From Escherichia coli (lineage in GTDB: Bacteria; Pseudomonadota; Gammaproteobacteria; Enterobacterales; Enterobacteriaceae): 64,000 bases of DNA. The first letter of the stretch is position 1. Each line of letters opens with the position of its first letter. A model generated the notes under the pieces. The model saw only the letters and a program-made list of their open reading frames with translations. It was not told where the DNA came from and did no database searches. The stretch lies in NCBI RefSeq assembly GCF_050320075.1, contig NZ_CP190018.1. One strand, given 5' to 3'. Made by a program: the position numbers and the translations under genes. This document shows, one piece after another, positions 28,169 to 37,817 of this stretch.

Positions 28169-28254
28169 TCCTCGCGGCGGGGCGTGGGGAGCGCTTCCTC
28201 ACCTCCGGGGGAAATACCCATAAATTAAGAGAAAAATCTGCAGTAGCCGTTTAA
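28147..28254 (+). pseudogene. 5' remnant of a MobA/MocA-like nucleotidyltransferase gene
   Basis: ATG overlapping the paoD 3' end encodes MPAPIVLILAAGRGERF (the NTP-binding loop of MobA-like enzymes) and stops after 35 codons. Confidence 0.45.
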
Positions 28255-28346
28255 GAAAATCACCTAAATCGTTTAAAAGAGCGCCCAACCCATAGTGGGC
28301 GCTTATCGCCTTGTGAAACTTATTCAGCAACGCGCGCCTCGCCGGA

Positions 28347-29540
28347 CTAAAGCGCACCGGCCTTCTGGCGTGCGGTAACAAAGGTCAGTACGCCAGCGCA
28401 AAGGAGCAGCACGCTACTCATAGCAAACGTGCTCTGCCAGCCAAGGCGGTCAAACACAATGCCTCCTGCCGTTGATCCAAGGGCGATGGCGAGCTGAATC
28501 ACCGCGACCATGAGCCCGCCTCCAGCTTCGGCGTTGTCAGGCAACGTACGCGCAATCCATGTCCACCATCCGGTTGGCGCGGCGGTGGCCAGCATGCCCC
28601 AGAGTCCTAACAGCAGCGAGACCGTCCAGACGTGATGCCCGGTAAGCATCAGACCGATGGCAATGACGGCCATCAGTCCGGGTATGGCCATCAGCGTGGG
28701 GTAGAATTTTCTGTTGAGAAATGCCGAAACAACCAGCGTGCCAATAAAACCGGCCACGCCGATAATCAGCAAAATCGACGACAAGCCTAAGGAATTAACC
28801 CGTGTCACCGACTCCAGAAACGGGCGCACATAGGTGAATAGCGCAAACTGCCCCATGAAAAACAGGCCACAAGCTATCATGCCGACCACAACCATGCGGC
28901 GGCTAAATAAGCGGAATACCGCGCCACATGAAGTGTGGCTTTTATTCGCATCCATGCTTGGCAGGCTGATGCACTGCCAGATAAAGGCGACAACCGCGAT
29001 GGGCACCAGGCACAAGAAAGCGCCTCGCCATCCGACCGTAGCCCCCAGATAGCTTCCCAGCGGTGCGGCCACGACCGTCGCCAGCGCATTACCGGCGTTG
29101 AAAATTGCCAGCGCACGCGTGACCTGATGCTGCGGCACCAGACGAATCGCCGTTGCCGCTGACATCGACCAGAATCCGCCAATAGCCACACCAATCATCG
29201 CACGACCGACCATATACATCAGATAACTGGAAGCCAGCGCAATAATAAGCCCCGATACGGCCATCAGAACCGTCATCCCCAGCTGCAGGAACTTACGATT
29301 CATCTTTCCAGCTAGCGTTGAAAGCGTCAGGCTGGTCAGAACCGCCAGCGCGCCGGAGATAGCAATCCCCTGCCCTGCCAGCCCCTCCGTCACGCCTAAA
29401 TCGCGGGTAATCGGCGTGAGCAGGCTGACGGGCATAAATTCAGAAGCAATCAGCACAAACACGCACAGGGTCATGGCAAAAATACCGCCCCAGTATGCGC
29501 GCTGATGATGAGGTGATAGTGTTTGGCTTAGTGTCGACAT
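28347..29540 (-). CDS. MFS-family transporter (12-TMS efflux-type)
   Basis: 397 aa, highly hydrophobic with an MFS-like loop motif. Confidence 0.8.
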   Translation of the reverse strand: MSTLSQTLSPHHQRAYWGGIFAMTLCVFVLIASEFMPVSLLTPITRDLGVTEGLAGQGIAISGALAVLTSLTLSTLAGKMNRKFLQLGMTVLMAVSGLIIALASSYLMYMVGRAMIGVAIGGFWSMSAATAIRLVPQHQVTRALAIFNAGNALATVVAAPLGSYLGATVGWRGAFLCLVPIAVVAFIWQCISLPSMDANKSHTSCGAVFRLFSRRMVVVGMIACGLFFMGQFALFTYVRPFLESVTRVNSLGLSSILLIIGVAGFIGTLVVSAFLNRKFYPTLMAIPGLMAVIAIGLMLTGHHVWTVSLLLGLWGMLATAAPTGWWTWIARTLPDNAEAGGGLMVAVIQLAIALGSTAGGIVFDRLGWQSTFAMSSVLLLCAGVLTFVTARQKAGAL

Positions 29541-29615
29541 AGTGAAATTTCACAAAGATCAGGATAAAAGCCACCAGCCTATGGCCGGTGGCTTTGCATC
29601 AATTCAGGAGAGGTT

Positions 29616-30752
29616 TTATTTCAGTTTGGTCTGGAAAAATTGTTCGAACTTCGCGAAAGGTATTTTTCCGGCCACGTTATCGTACAGGTCCACGTGATTT
29701 GCCCCTGGTACCACCACCAACTCTTTGTCTTTACTGCCAACCGCCTTGTAAGCATCTTCAGCAAAATAGCGTGAATGTGCTTTCTCACCGGTCACAATCA
29801 GCGTCGGAATGGTGATTTCACTGGCGTAGCTCAACAGCGGCATATTCATAAATGACAGCGGCATCGTTGCCGTCCACGCCCCGGTAGAGTTAACGGAACG
29901 TTCGTGGAAGCCGCGCGGCATGCGATAGTAGTCAAAGAACTCTTTCAGTACCGGATGAGGATTTGCCGGCAGCGTTTCTGGCAGAATGCGCTCGCCCGCA
30001 CTGACCTTGCCGTTGCTGTCGACATTAATATCATGACCACCGTGAGCGAACGTTCCGCTCTGCGCATCCTTCCAGCGCTGTTCATTCAGATATTGCAGAA
30101 CAGCACGACGGTCGGCGGTAGAATAACGGTCTTTGCCATCCCCCACACCATGGCCCATCGCCCGGCTCATGTCATACATCACGCTGGTAGCTACCGCTTT
30201 AACGCGGGTATCCATCGCCGCGTCGTTCAGCGCCATGCCGCCCCAGCCACAAATACCGAGCAGCCCGATACGGTTGCGATCTACCTCTTTTTGCAGCCCT
30301 AAGAAATCCACTGCCGCGCTGAAATCTTCAGTGTTGATATCCGGTGAGGCGACGTTTCGCGGATAGCCGCCGCTTTCCCCGGTGTAAGAAGGATCGAACG
30401 CCAGGGTAACAAACCCTCGTTCCGCCAGCGTCTGCGCATACAGGCCGCTGGATTGCTCTTTCACCGCGCCAAATGGCCCACTGACCGCAATCGCCGCCAG
30501 CTTGCGATCGCCACGGTCTTTAGGCAGGTAAAGATCGCCCACTAAGGTGATGCCATATCGGTTCGGGAACGAGACTTTACGGTGATCGACTTTCTGGCTC
30601 TCGGCGAACGTTTTATCCCATTTATCTGTCATGGACACAGGGGCATTAGGATTGGTTGAATCAGCATAACTCATTGTCGTGACTCCACTTAATGATGCGA
30701 AAAGCAGCATGGTCGGCATCGCGGTTTTTAGCGTGCGGGTGAAGGCTTTCAT
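29616..30752 (-). CDS. secreted alpha/beta hydrolase (dienelactone hydrolase / S15-like), paralogue of the 10414 gene
   Basis: Signal peptide MKAFTRTLKTAMPTMLLFASLSGVTTMSYA; shared catalytic-core motifs with the 10414..11334 product. Confidence 0.75.
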   Translation of the reverse strand: MKAFTRTLKTAMPTMLLFASLSGVTTMSYADSTNPNAPVSMTDKWDKTFAESQKVDHRKVSFPNRYGITLVGDLYLPKDRGDRKLAAIAVSGPFGAVKEQSSGLYAQTLAERGFVTLAFDPSYTGESGGYPRNVASPDINTEDFSAAVDFLGLQKEVDRNRIGLLGICGWGGMALNDAAMDTRVKAVATSVMYDMSRAMGHGVGDGKDRYSTADRRAVLQYLNEQRWKDAQSGTFAHGGHDINVDSNGKVSAGERILPETLPANPHPVLKEFFDYYRMPRGFHERSVNSTGAWTATMPLSFMNMPLLSYASEITIPTLIVTGEKAHSRYFAEDAYKAVGSKDKELVVVPGANHVDLYDNVAGKIPFAKFEQFFQTKLK

Positions 30753-30938
30753 AAAAATCCCCATAAAAAACAACAGAGAGATACAGGTTTCCGACGGACA
30801 ACGCTGCGGTGCTTTACTTTGATGGGGTCATTATAGTGAGCAGAATTAGTGCTGATTAGGGGGCGATTAATGCTAAGATTAATACCATATTGTTATAAAT
30901 TAATGTGGAGATTGCCGGCATGAAGGGGGGATGTTTCA

Positions 30939-31823
30939 ATGGCGAAAAGGGAGAACTACAACGAGCTGTACCTGTTTATGCAGGTGGTGCGGGAAGGCAG
31001 CTTTACCGCAGCGGCTCAGCGGCTGGGTCTTGCTCAGTCAGGAGTCAGCCGTTCTGTTCGCGAGCTTGAAGAAAGGCTGGGTGTCCAGCTGCTAGTGCGC
31101 ACCACGCGTAAACTGTCGCTGACACAAGCAGGCGAGCAGCTCTACCAGAAGACGGCATCTGGATTTGAAATGTTAGATCTTGGGCTTGCCACGCTGGCGC
31201 ATTATCGAGAGACGCCCTCCGGCACGGTGCGTATCAATGCCAGCCAGCACGCGATTGATAAATGCCTGCTGCCAAAGCTGGCGGTATTTAAACAGAGATA
31301 TCCTGATATCCGGCTTGAACTGATAAATGAGAGCCGGTTCGTCGATATCATCGAGGAAAGATTCGATGCAGGTGTCCGCCTGGGGCCTGAAGTCGGCCAG
31401 GGTATGGTCGCGGTACGCATCACGCCCGATATGGAGATGGCAATTGTGGGGACTCCGGAACATTTTCGTCGCTATGGTTTTCCGCAAACCCCGGCGGATT
31501 TAAAGGCGCATCCCTGTATCGCCTATCAGTTTGCCGACGGCAGCGTATACCAGTGGGAACTCAATCAGGATGATAAAAAAATCACTCATCGCCCTGAAGG
31601 GCAATGGGCCCTATCCGACAGCTATATGGAAGCAGAAGCCGCCCGGCTGGGCCTCGGATTGGCCTATGTTCCTGTTGAACTGGTCGCGGATGATTTAGAA
31701 CACGGTAAGCTTATCAGGGTGTTGCAGCGTTACAGCCTGCGAATGGAGGGATTGTTTCTCTATTACCCTCATCGCAACGTCTCCCCCGCCCTGCGGATGG
31801 TCATTGATACATTGAAAATCTGA
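30939..31823 (+). CDS. LysR-family transcriptional regulator
   Basis: 294 aa; HTH LYLFMQVVREGSFTAAAQRLGLAQSGVSRSVRELEERL; divergent from the hydrolase/MFS pair. Confidence 0.85.
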   Translation: MAKRENYNELYLFMQVVREGSFTAAAQRLGLAQSGVSRSVRELEERLGVQLLVRTTRKLSLTQAGEQLYQKTASGFEMLDLGLATLAHYRETPSGTVRINASQHAIDKCLLPKLAVFKQRYPDIRLELINESRFVDIIEERFDAGVRLGPEVGQGMVAVRITPDMEMAIVGTPEHFRRYGFPQTPADLKAHPCIAYQFADGSVYQWELNQDDKKITHRPEGQWALSDSYMEAEAARLGLGLAYVPVELVADDLEHGKLIRVLQRYSLRMEGLFLYYPHRNVSPALRMVIDTLKI

Positions 31824-32043
31824 ACGTTAACAACGACCGACTCTTCACTGTGCAAAATTGTGTCAGGTAGTCCCTCTGCGTTCAATTCCAGGGTCTGCTT
31901 TGAGCGAGAAAGAGGGGACTATCCAGCAATGGAGATCACCCAAAAGAAAAAACCACCTGGCTCCCTCGACAACCTTCATCCGGGCATTTAGCCTCAATCA
32001 ACATTTTTATATCTGTCAGGTTACTTCATTATGAAAACTGATC

Positions 32044-32270
32044 ATCATCGTTGTTTTTGTTGCAATAGTAGAATACGCGTATTTATTCCTCCATCTCTAT
32101 TAATAACGGCAATAAACTGTTCACTTCACTGATATTTAAAATATGTATCCTTTTCAAGCTGTTCAGCGGCGTAAGAAAAAGTATTAATTATGAATTCGAT
32201 GATTTAACCATATCTGTCTGATTGGTAATCATCCGTGATTAATGCTGGTCTATTGATTACGCCAGAACCC
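32044..32270 (+). repeat. degenerate second copy of the ykgR 3' region joined directly to a ykgO 3' end-like segment
   Basis: 32044-32160 aligns by eye (roughly 80 percent) with 13155-13270, and 32170-32270 with 13951-14065 (encodes ...AVQRRKKKY* versus ykgO ...AVQGRKKKR*); the ykgM/ykgO body is absent between them. Confidence 0.7.
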
Positions 32271-33177
32271 TCTCTAGCTTATTCACCGCCGCCACATACT
32301 TCGCCGGATTTTTATCTTTAAGCACCGCCAGATTGCGTTGCTTCCAGCGAATAGCCGGAAGATGCTGAATTTCAGGATAGCGATACCGCGACCAGTCAGG
32401 GCTGTTTTGCTTAAAACTGAGCAAGAACTCGCGATCCAGATCCGTAAGATGTGACTTCAACGCCTGCGGCAGCAAAGTCGTTACTGACAGAAGCGATTCC
32501 AGCGACGTTTCCTGTTGCGTCATCCCTGAAAATTCCTGCGCGTACAACGTGGCGATCCGCTCTGTATCCCAGTTTGGAGCCAGCAACTCGGCGATGGGGC
32601 GGGGATGGCCTGCCAGATAACAAAGAAAACCGTCAAAGATCTCCCGCATCAGTCCCGGTTTCTCCAGCATATTCAGCACATCAAACAGATCGCGCGGGTG
32701 CTGACGATCAAGCGCAGCGCAGATTTTACCGCCATAAAGATCCGCCAGCGAGACGACACTCATGGTGGTGAAGCCATACTCCATTTCCACACGTTCGCAC
32801 ACAGGCATTTCTGCCGGAGGCAACAACAGCCCGCGCCAGACCGGGCTAACCTCGATCTTAATCTTTGCATCAGCGGTATTCACAATGATGCGCTTTTCAT
32901 CCGCTTTATTTTCCTGCCGAATCGCGGTGATCCCCGGTCTGCCGTTCAGCGATGCAGTAATCCTCTTCAAAGCGTCGTTGATAGCCGCCAAATCAGTATC
33001 GCGATCCGCAAAGCTCTTGTACGCCAGATCAATATCCACCGACAGACGGGGAAAATCCTGCACAAACAAATTGATTGCGGTGCCGCCTTTCAACGCGAAA
33101 CAGGACTCCTTCGCCACATACGGCAGAGCGGCCATCAACAGTTTGACCTGCCGGGCATAGCTATCACGCAGATCCAT
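32257..33177 (-). CDS. AbiEii/AbiGii-family nucleotidyltransferase toxin (type IV TA / abortive infection)
   Basis: 306 aa; NTase motifs (ALKGGTAINLF, DIDL); overlaps the upstream antitoxin gene by 14 nt. Confidence 0.85.
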   Translation of the reverse strand: MDLRDSYARQVKLLMAALPYVAKESCFALKGGTAINLFVQDFPRLSVDIDLAYKSFADRDTDLAAINDALKRITASLNGRPGITAIRQENKADEKRIIVNTADAKIKIEVSPVWRGLLLPPAEMPVCERVEMEYGFTTMSVVSLADLYGGKICAALDRQHPRDLFDVLNMLEKPGLMREIFDGFLCYLAGHPRPIAELLAPNWDTERIATLYAQEFSGMTQQETSLESLLSVTTLLPQALKSHLTDLDREFLLSFKQNSPDWSRYRYPEIQHLPAIRWKQRNLAVLKDKNPAKYVAAVNKLERVLA

Positions 33178-33967
33178 CTTCGACTCCTTCCGGTTTAAAT
33201 GCGCGTGGAACAGTAATTTGATAATCCGGCTCCAGCCAGCCGCCGGGTATGATTTGCCGCTTTCCCGTACCTGTTTCTATACCGCTTTGATCAATATACT
33301 GAAAATAAGGGTGTCCATTACGCCGGGCAAGGTAAAGCATCACCCGGTTGGTTTTAACCGAATGGCTGGCGCGAAGCAGTGCCTGCAATTTGCGTGGGCT
33401 GAGAAGATTCAACCCCTGAAACAGAGCATCGGCATGTTCGAACGAGATTAACGAAGGAACGCCGCAGGCGATCTCATACGCGGCCAGTTCCGGAACACTG
33501 CCTGCTAACTGGCGGTCGCCAATTTTCAGTTCCGTAGTAAATGGCGTTACATCAGCGGTAAGGCCTGACGTATACAGCGTGACAAACGTTGCGGATTGTT
33601 CAAAGGCAGAAAACCATCCCGGCAGTTTGACGTAAGCCGGAAGCGCGAGCCAGACCTGCGGCTTACCCTGTTCGGTATAGTGCGCATGACCCTGAAGCGC
33701 AAGGCTGGTTAGCCCCGCCACCCGAACAGGCTTTTCCCACTGCGATTGCAGGCAGTAAACCGCATCCACCCAATCCGGTTCACGACCCGTCCGGCAGTAT
33801 ACGCCGTGAGCGATCCGCCTGAGCCAGCCATTCTTCACATAGAGATAAGAGAGCTTACGATCTATGCCGTTGCGGGTAAGCCATGACTGGAGCAGCACCT
33901 GGCCGGGTAGCGTGTGCTGCATCAGCCAGTTTAGATAGTTTGGCAACTGTCGCCTCTGAATAGACAT
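33164..33967 (-). CDS. AbiEi-family antitoxin / transcriptional regulator
   Basis: 267 aa, N-terminal winged-helix-like region; immediately upstream of and overlapping AbiEii. Confidence 0.8.
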   Translation of the reverse strand: MSIQRRQLPNYLNWLMQHTLPGQVLLQSWLTRNGIDRKLSYLYVKNGWLRRIAHGVYCRTGREPDWVDAVYCLQSQWEKPVRVAGLTSLALQGHAHYTEQGKPQVWLALPAYVKLPGWFSAFEQSATFVTLYTSGLTADVTPFTTELKIGDRQLAGSVPELAAYEIACGVPSLISFEHADALFQGLNLLSPRKLQALLRASHSVKTNRVMLYLARRNGHPYFQYIDQSGIETGTGKRQIIPGGWLEPDYQITVPRAFKPEGVEDGSA

Positions 33968-34261
33968 TAGTACAAATATTTAAACCAGTGTAGATTCAGG
34001 GATACGCCACAGCAAGAAATAGTTTACTTATTCCTCATTTTGTCGACTAAAAATCGACATTAAACAAAAAATTCAAACTTAATCACTTTCGGGAAAAATG
34101 TGACAAATATATGCTCGGACTGGTTGCGGGGAGCGTGTAACATGGATACAAATCAAAATTATTGCCAGCCTCACTGATGGATTACTGGTGTCAAGAGCCC
34201 CCCTTCGGGCATGAAACGGCTGGCTAATTCTGTACAGACTGTAATCTAAGGACGATAACGC

Positions 34262-37200
34262 ATGACATATCAGGCAATTTTCACTGGCTGGGATGATCTG
34301 ACGATTGAAGACCTTCTGGTCGCTTACCGGAAAGCAAAAGCCGATAGCTTCTTTGAGAATACATTTCCTGTTGCTATCAAATTTGCCGAGTATGAGCAGG
34401 AATTACTTGAAAACCTGCAAAAACTCTTAGATCTTTTGCAGAGCGAAGATGGATTCAGTAGCAATAAGAAGTTGATTGGCAAATTTCGATTGTTACCGAA
34501 AAAATTAACCACAAAGAAAAAACATGAATCCCAAAATGGACACGTCCACTTTTCTAATCCTAAACGAGCAGCCGACCATTTATTTAATAATTTTGATCTG
34601 ATACCAGAGTTTCGTATTATTGGTGACTTCCCGGTTGATAGTCACATTATCTCTGCACTATGGATTAACATGGTCGGGCATAAATTTGATGCCAGCTTAG
34701 ATAACTGTTGCTATGGCGCGCGGCTAAAGCGTATTCGTAATGATGAATTATTTAGCAATGAGCAGGATAATCCATTCCATATCAGTGCCGTGGGTTCTTT
34801 TAGCCCCTACTTCCAGCCCTACCAAAAATGGCGTGGTGATGGCTTAAAAGCTATACGTGACGAGTTGGAAAAAGATCGTGACATTATCGCCGCCTCACTG
34901 GATTTAAAAAGTTACTATCATTTTATTGATCCACTGGCTATAACCTCTGATGATCTCTATAACACACTAAACATAAAACTGACTGAGGATGAAAAAGCGT
35001 TTACTGCACAGTTAGCAGTATTCTTAAAGCACTGGTCTGACGGCGCAGCGGCATTTGGAAAGAAAATAGCGTACAAAACACCTGTTATTAATGGTGGTCT
35101 GGTCATTGGATTAACAGCCAGTCGGATCATTTCAAATATATTGCTACACCATTGGGATAAATTAGTCATTGAAAAACTATCACCAATTCACTACGGTCGT
35201 TATGTCGATGATATGTTCCTTGTAATACGCGATACAGGGACAATTACTAATAATCACGAATTTATGTTATTGCTGCAAGATAGGCTTGGCAATGATTGCG
35301 TTTATTTGAAAAACGAGCAAAAACAAATATGGCAAATACAGCAGGGCGAGCATTTCCAGGGTAAGACCACCATCCAGTTACAATCCGATAAGCAAAAACT
35401 TTTCGTGCTTCAAGGGAGGGCTGGAATAGACCTGCTCGACAGTATCGAAAAGGAGATCTACGAGCTTTCTAGTGAACACCGCTTGATGCCTTCACCGGAT
35501 CAACTGGAACACTCCACCGCAGCTAAAGTCCTTTCCGCTGCCGGTAGTGTAGGTGAAAATGCCGATACTCTGCGCCGTGCGGATGGATTAACCATTCGTC
35601 GTTTGGGCTGGTCACTGCAATTACGCTACGTTGAAACACTGGCACGAGATCTGCCTCCAAGTGAATGGAAAGAACAGCGGGAAGAGTTTTATCAGTTTGC
35701 CTACAACCATATTCTTAGGGCTGATAATCTATTTGCACATTTTAGTTATCTGCCAAGGCTGCTTGGCTTTGCTATCAGTATGAATGAATGGCAGCACGCG
35801 GAAAAAATTGTACTTAAAGCTTACGAATCCATCAACCTGTTGGCATCGGTGATTACTTCAGGTAAGGAAGTGAATATAAATGGTTGCAAAACTCGAGCAG
35901 TAAATGATCTTTGGCGCTGTATAAAAGGCACATTAAGCTGGCTATTTGTTGATGCAGCGACACGATATTACAGTCCTGACAGATTATTTCTTGATAAACG
36001 TTCAAAGAAAGAAGAGTGCCTTGCGGATACATTTTTTAATCATATTTCACAAAGTCTGACGAATCTAAAGGATTTACTGGATCTTCGCTTTGATTCAGCA
36101 GATTTTTATTTAAAAGCGCCATTGGTAGCTCGAGCTGATTTAGCAAAGGAACCTTATAAACAGATCGTAAAGAGTCAGTCGGCAGAAAAACTTGTTAATC
36201 AGCGTGATAGTAAAAAAGAAGTTAAAATACTGAAATTAATGAGCGACTCATCGCTTATTGATATTGACGTTATTAAGCTATTTTTGAAATCAACCAAGAA
36301 TACCCGACTGGAAAAAGTGGCTAAAGGAAATCGTAAGAACGAAAGTTACCTACCTTACATTTTCCCTACACGTCCTTTAACACCCGCTGAAATATCAGAA
36401 CTGGCCCCCGAATGTGTTGGATTACCCTCCACATCCGACAAAAAACCAGATGAGAGACCGTCCACCATTTGGGCAAAATATACTCAAGCATTACGCGGAG
36501 TATGGATCAAACCGACGTTGCTAGCATCGGAGCAGGACTCAGATGAAGCGACAAAAAAAGCTCGGCCTAAGAAATTCATTCATATTGGCACAGACAGGAA
36601 ACATAAAGTTGTCGTTGCGCTAACCAGCATTAAAACAGAGGAGGACGACTGGGCTAAAATGGCCTGCAATAAATCTAACTTGTCCCGTTCAAGGTACCAG
36701 CGGATTTCTGAACTGGTTAATGCAACATTGAAACTATCTCCTAAACCTGATTATGTTTTATTCCCTGAGCTTTCAATCCCGTTACGCTGGGTTAACAGTA
36801 TTGCTGATCGTTTGAGTTCGGCGGGTATCAGTCTAATTGCGGGAACAGAATACCGCCACTTAGACGATAATCAACTGAAGAGTGAGGCCGTACTTGTCCT
36901 TTCAGATAACAGACTCGGCTATCCAGCGAGTGTCAAAATATGGCAACCCAAGCTGGAACCCGCCGTAGGTGAAGATGAGGCATTATTTTCAATTTATGGT
37001 AAGTCTTGGGATTCGACACTTAATGTTAAACAACGTAAGCCGGTATATATTCATCACGGCGTCAATTTTGGCGTTATGATTTGCTCTGAACTCCAGAATA
37101 GTAAAGCGAGGATCCGTTTTCAGGGCGCACTCGATGCATTAATGGTATTGAGCTGGAATAAAGATCTAGATACGTTTGCATCGTTGATTGAATCAGCAGC

Positions 37201-37471
37201 GCTGGATATTCATGCCTATACTATTTTAGTGAATAACCGAAAATACGGCGATAGTCGCGTACGTTCCCCGGCAAAAGAACCCTTTATGCGTGATATTGCT
37301 CGTGTGAAGGGCGGTGATAATGACTTTGTGGTCGCTGCAACGCTGGATATCGACTCGTTAAGGGCATTTCAGAGCAGGGCAAAACGCTGGCCTAAAGGCG
37401 GCGATAAATTCAAACCGTTACCTGAAGGATTCCAGTTGGCAAAGAACCGCAAAAAGCTACCGCCAAAATAA
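34262..37471 (+). CDS. reverse transcriptase fused to a C-terminal nitrilase (carbon-nitrogen hydrolase) domain; DRT type 1 / UG1-like defence RT
   Basis: 1069 aa. RT motif A ASLDLKSYYHFID, motif B GGLVIGLTASRIISNILL, motif C YGRYVDDMFLV (YxDD). C-terminal domain has nitrilase catalytic-triad contexts FPELSIP (Glu) and GVMICSE (Cys). AT-rich relative to flanks. Confidence 0.85.
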   Translation: MTYQAIFTGWDDLTIEDLLVAYRKAKADSFFENTFPVAIKFAEYEQELLENLQKLLDLLQSEDGFSSNKKLIGKFRLLPKKLTTKKKHESQNGHVHFSNPKRAADHLFNNFDLIPEFRIIGDFPVDSHIISALWINMVGHKFDASLDNCCYGARLKRIRNDELFSNEQDNPFHISAVGSFSPYFQPYQKWRGDGLKAIRDELEKDRDIIAASLDLKSYYHFIDPLAITSDDLYNTLNIKLTEDEKAFTAQLAVFLKHWSDGAAAFGKKIAYKTPVINGGLVIGLTASRIISNILLHHWDKLVIEKLSPIHYGRYVDDMFLVIRDTGTITNNHEFMLLLQDRLGNDCVYLKNEQKQIWQIQQGEHFQGKTTIQLQSDKQKLFVLQGRAGIDLLDSIEKEIYELSSEHRLMPSPDQLEHSTAAKVLSAAGSVGENADTLRRADGLTIRRLGWSLQLRYVETLARDLPPSEWKEQREEFYQFAYNHILRADNLFAHFSYLPRLLGFAISMNEWQHAEKIVLKAYESINLLASVITSGKEVNINGCKTRAVNDLWRCIKGTLSWLFVDAATRYYSPDRLFLDKRSKKEECLADTFFNHISQSLTNLKDLLDLRFDSADFYLKAPLVARADLAKEPYKQIVKSQSAEKLVNQRDSKKEVKILKLMSDSSLIDIDVIKLFLKSTKNTRLEKVAKGNRKNESYLPYIFPTRPLTPAEISELAPECVGLPSTSDKKPDERPSTIWAKYTQALRGVWIKPTLLASEQDSDEATKKARPKKFIHIGTDRKHKVVVALTSIKTEEDDWAKMACNKSNLSRSRYQRISELVNATLKLSPKPDYVLFPELSIPLRWVNSIADRLSSAGISLIAGTEYRHLDDNQLKSEAVLVLSDNRLGYPASVKIWQPKLEPAVGEDEALFSIYGKSWDSTLNVKQRKPVYIHHGVNFGVMICSELQNSKARIRFQGALDALMVLSWNKDLDTFASLIESAALDIHAYTILVNNRKYGDSRVRSPAKEPFMRDIARVKGGDNDFVVAATLDIDSLRAFQSRAKRWPKGGDKFKPLPEGFQLAKNRKKLPPK

Positions 37472-37817
37472 GAAACTGATTTTCGCTATTAATAATCAGG
37501 GTATTTTTGCGTGAGATGTTGGTAAACATGATGTAGCCCTTGCCACTCATGACCAATCGCAGTATCTTTCTCCCGCGCCTGCAAAATCAGGCGTCGGGAT
37601 TAGCCTCCTGAAGAAATCTTATCGGCGACACATGACGCGCCAGCGTCTTTTTTTGTGTTGTTCGCACGGTTACATCTCAATGGTGGGCCGGGCGGGGGCG
37701 TCGCAAGACGCGCCAGTGTCCGATAAGGCTGGTAAGGCTAACCCTGCCCGGTTCCACCACCCGCGAGATTAGCCTCTCCGGTGGTGGCTTGAACACCCAC
37801 TTATCGGAGGTTGCCCT

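Noticed and set aside
34262-37471. RT gene as a group II intron maturase or retron RT
   Set aside because: No intron RNA domains, maturase or endonuclease domains, and no msr-msd-like inverted repeats immediately upstream; the C-terminal nitrilase fusion fits UG/Abi defence RTs instead
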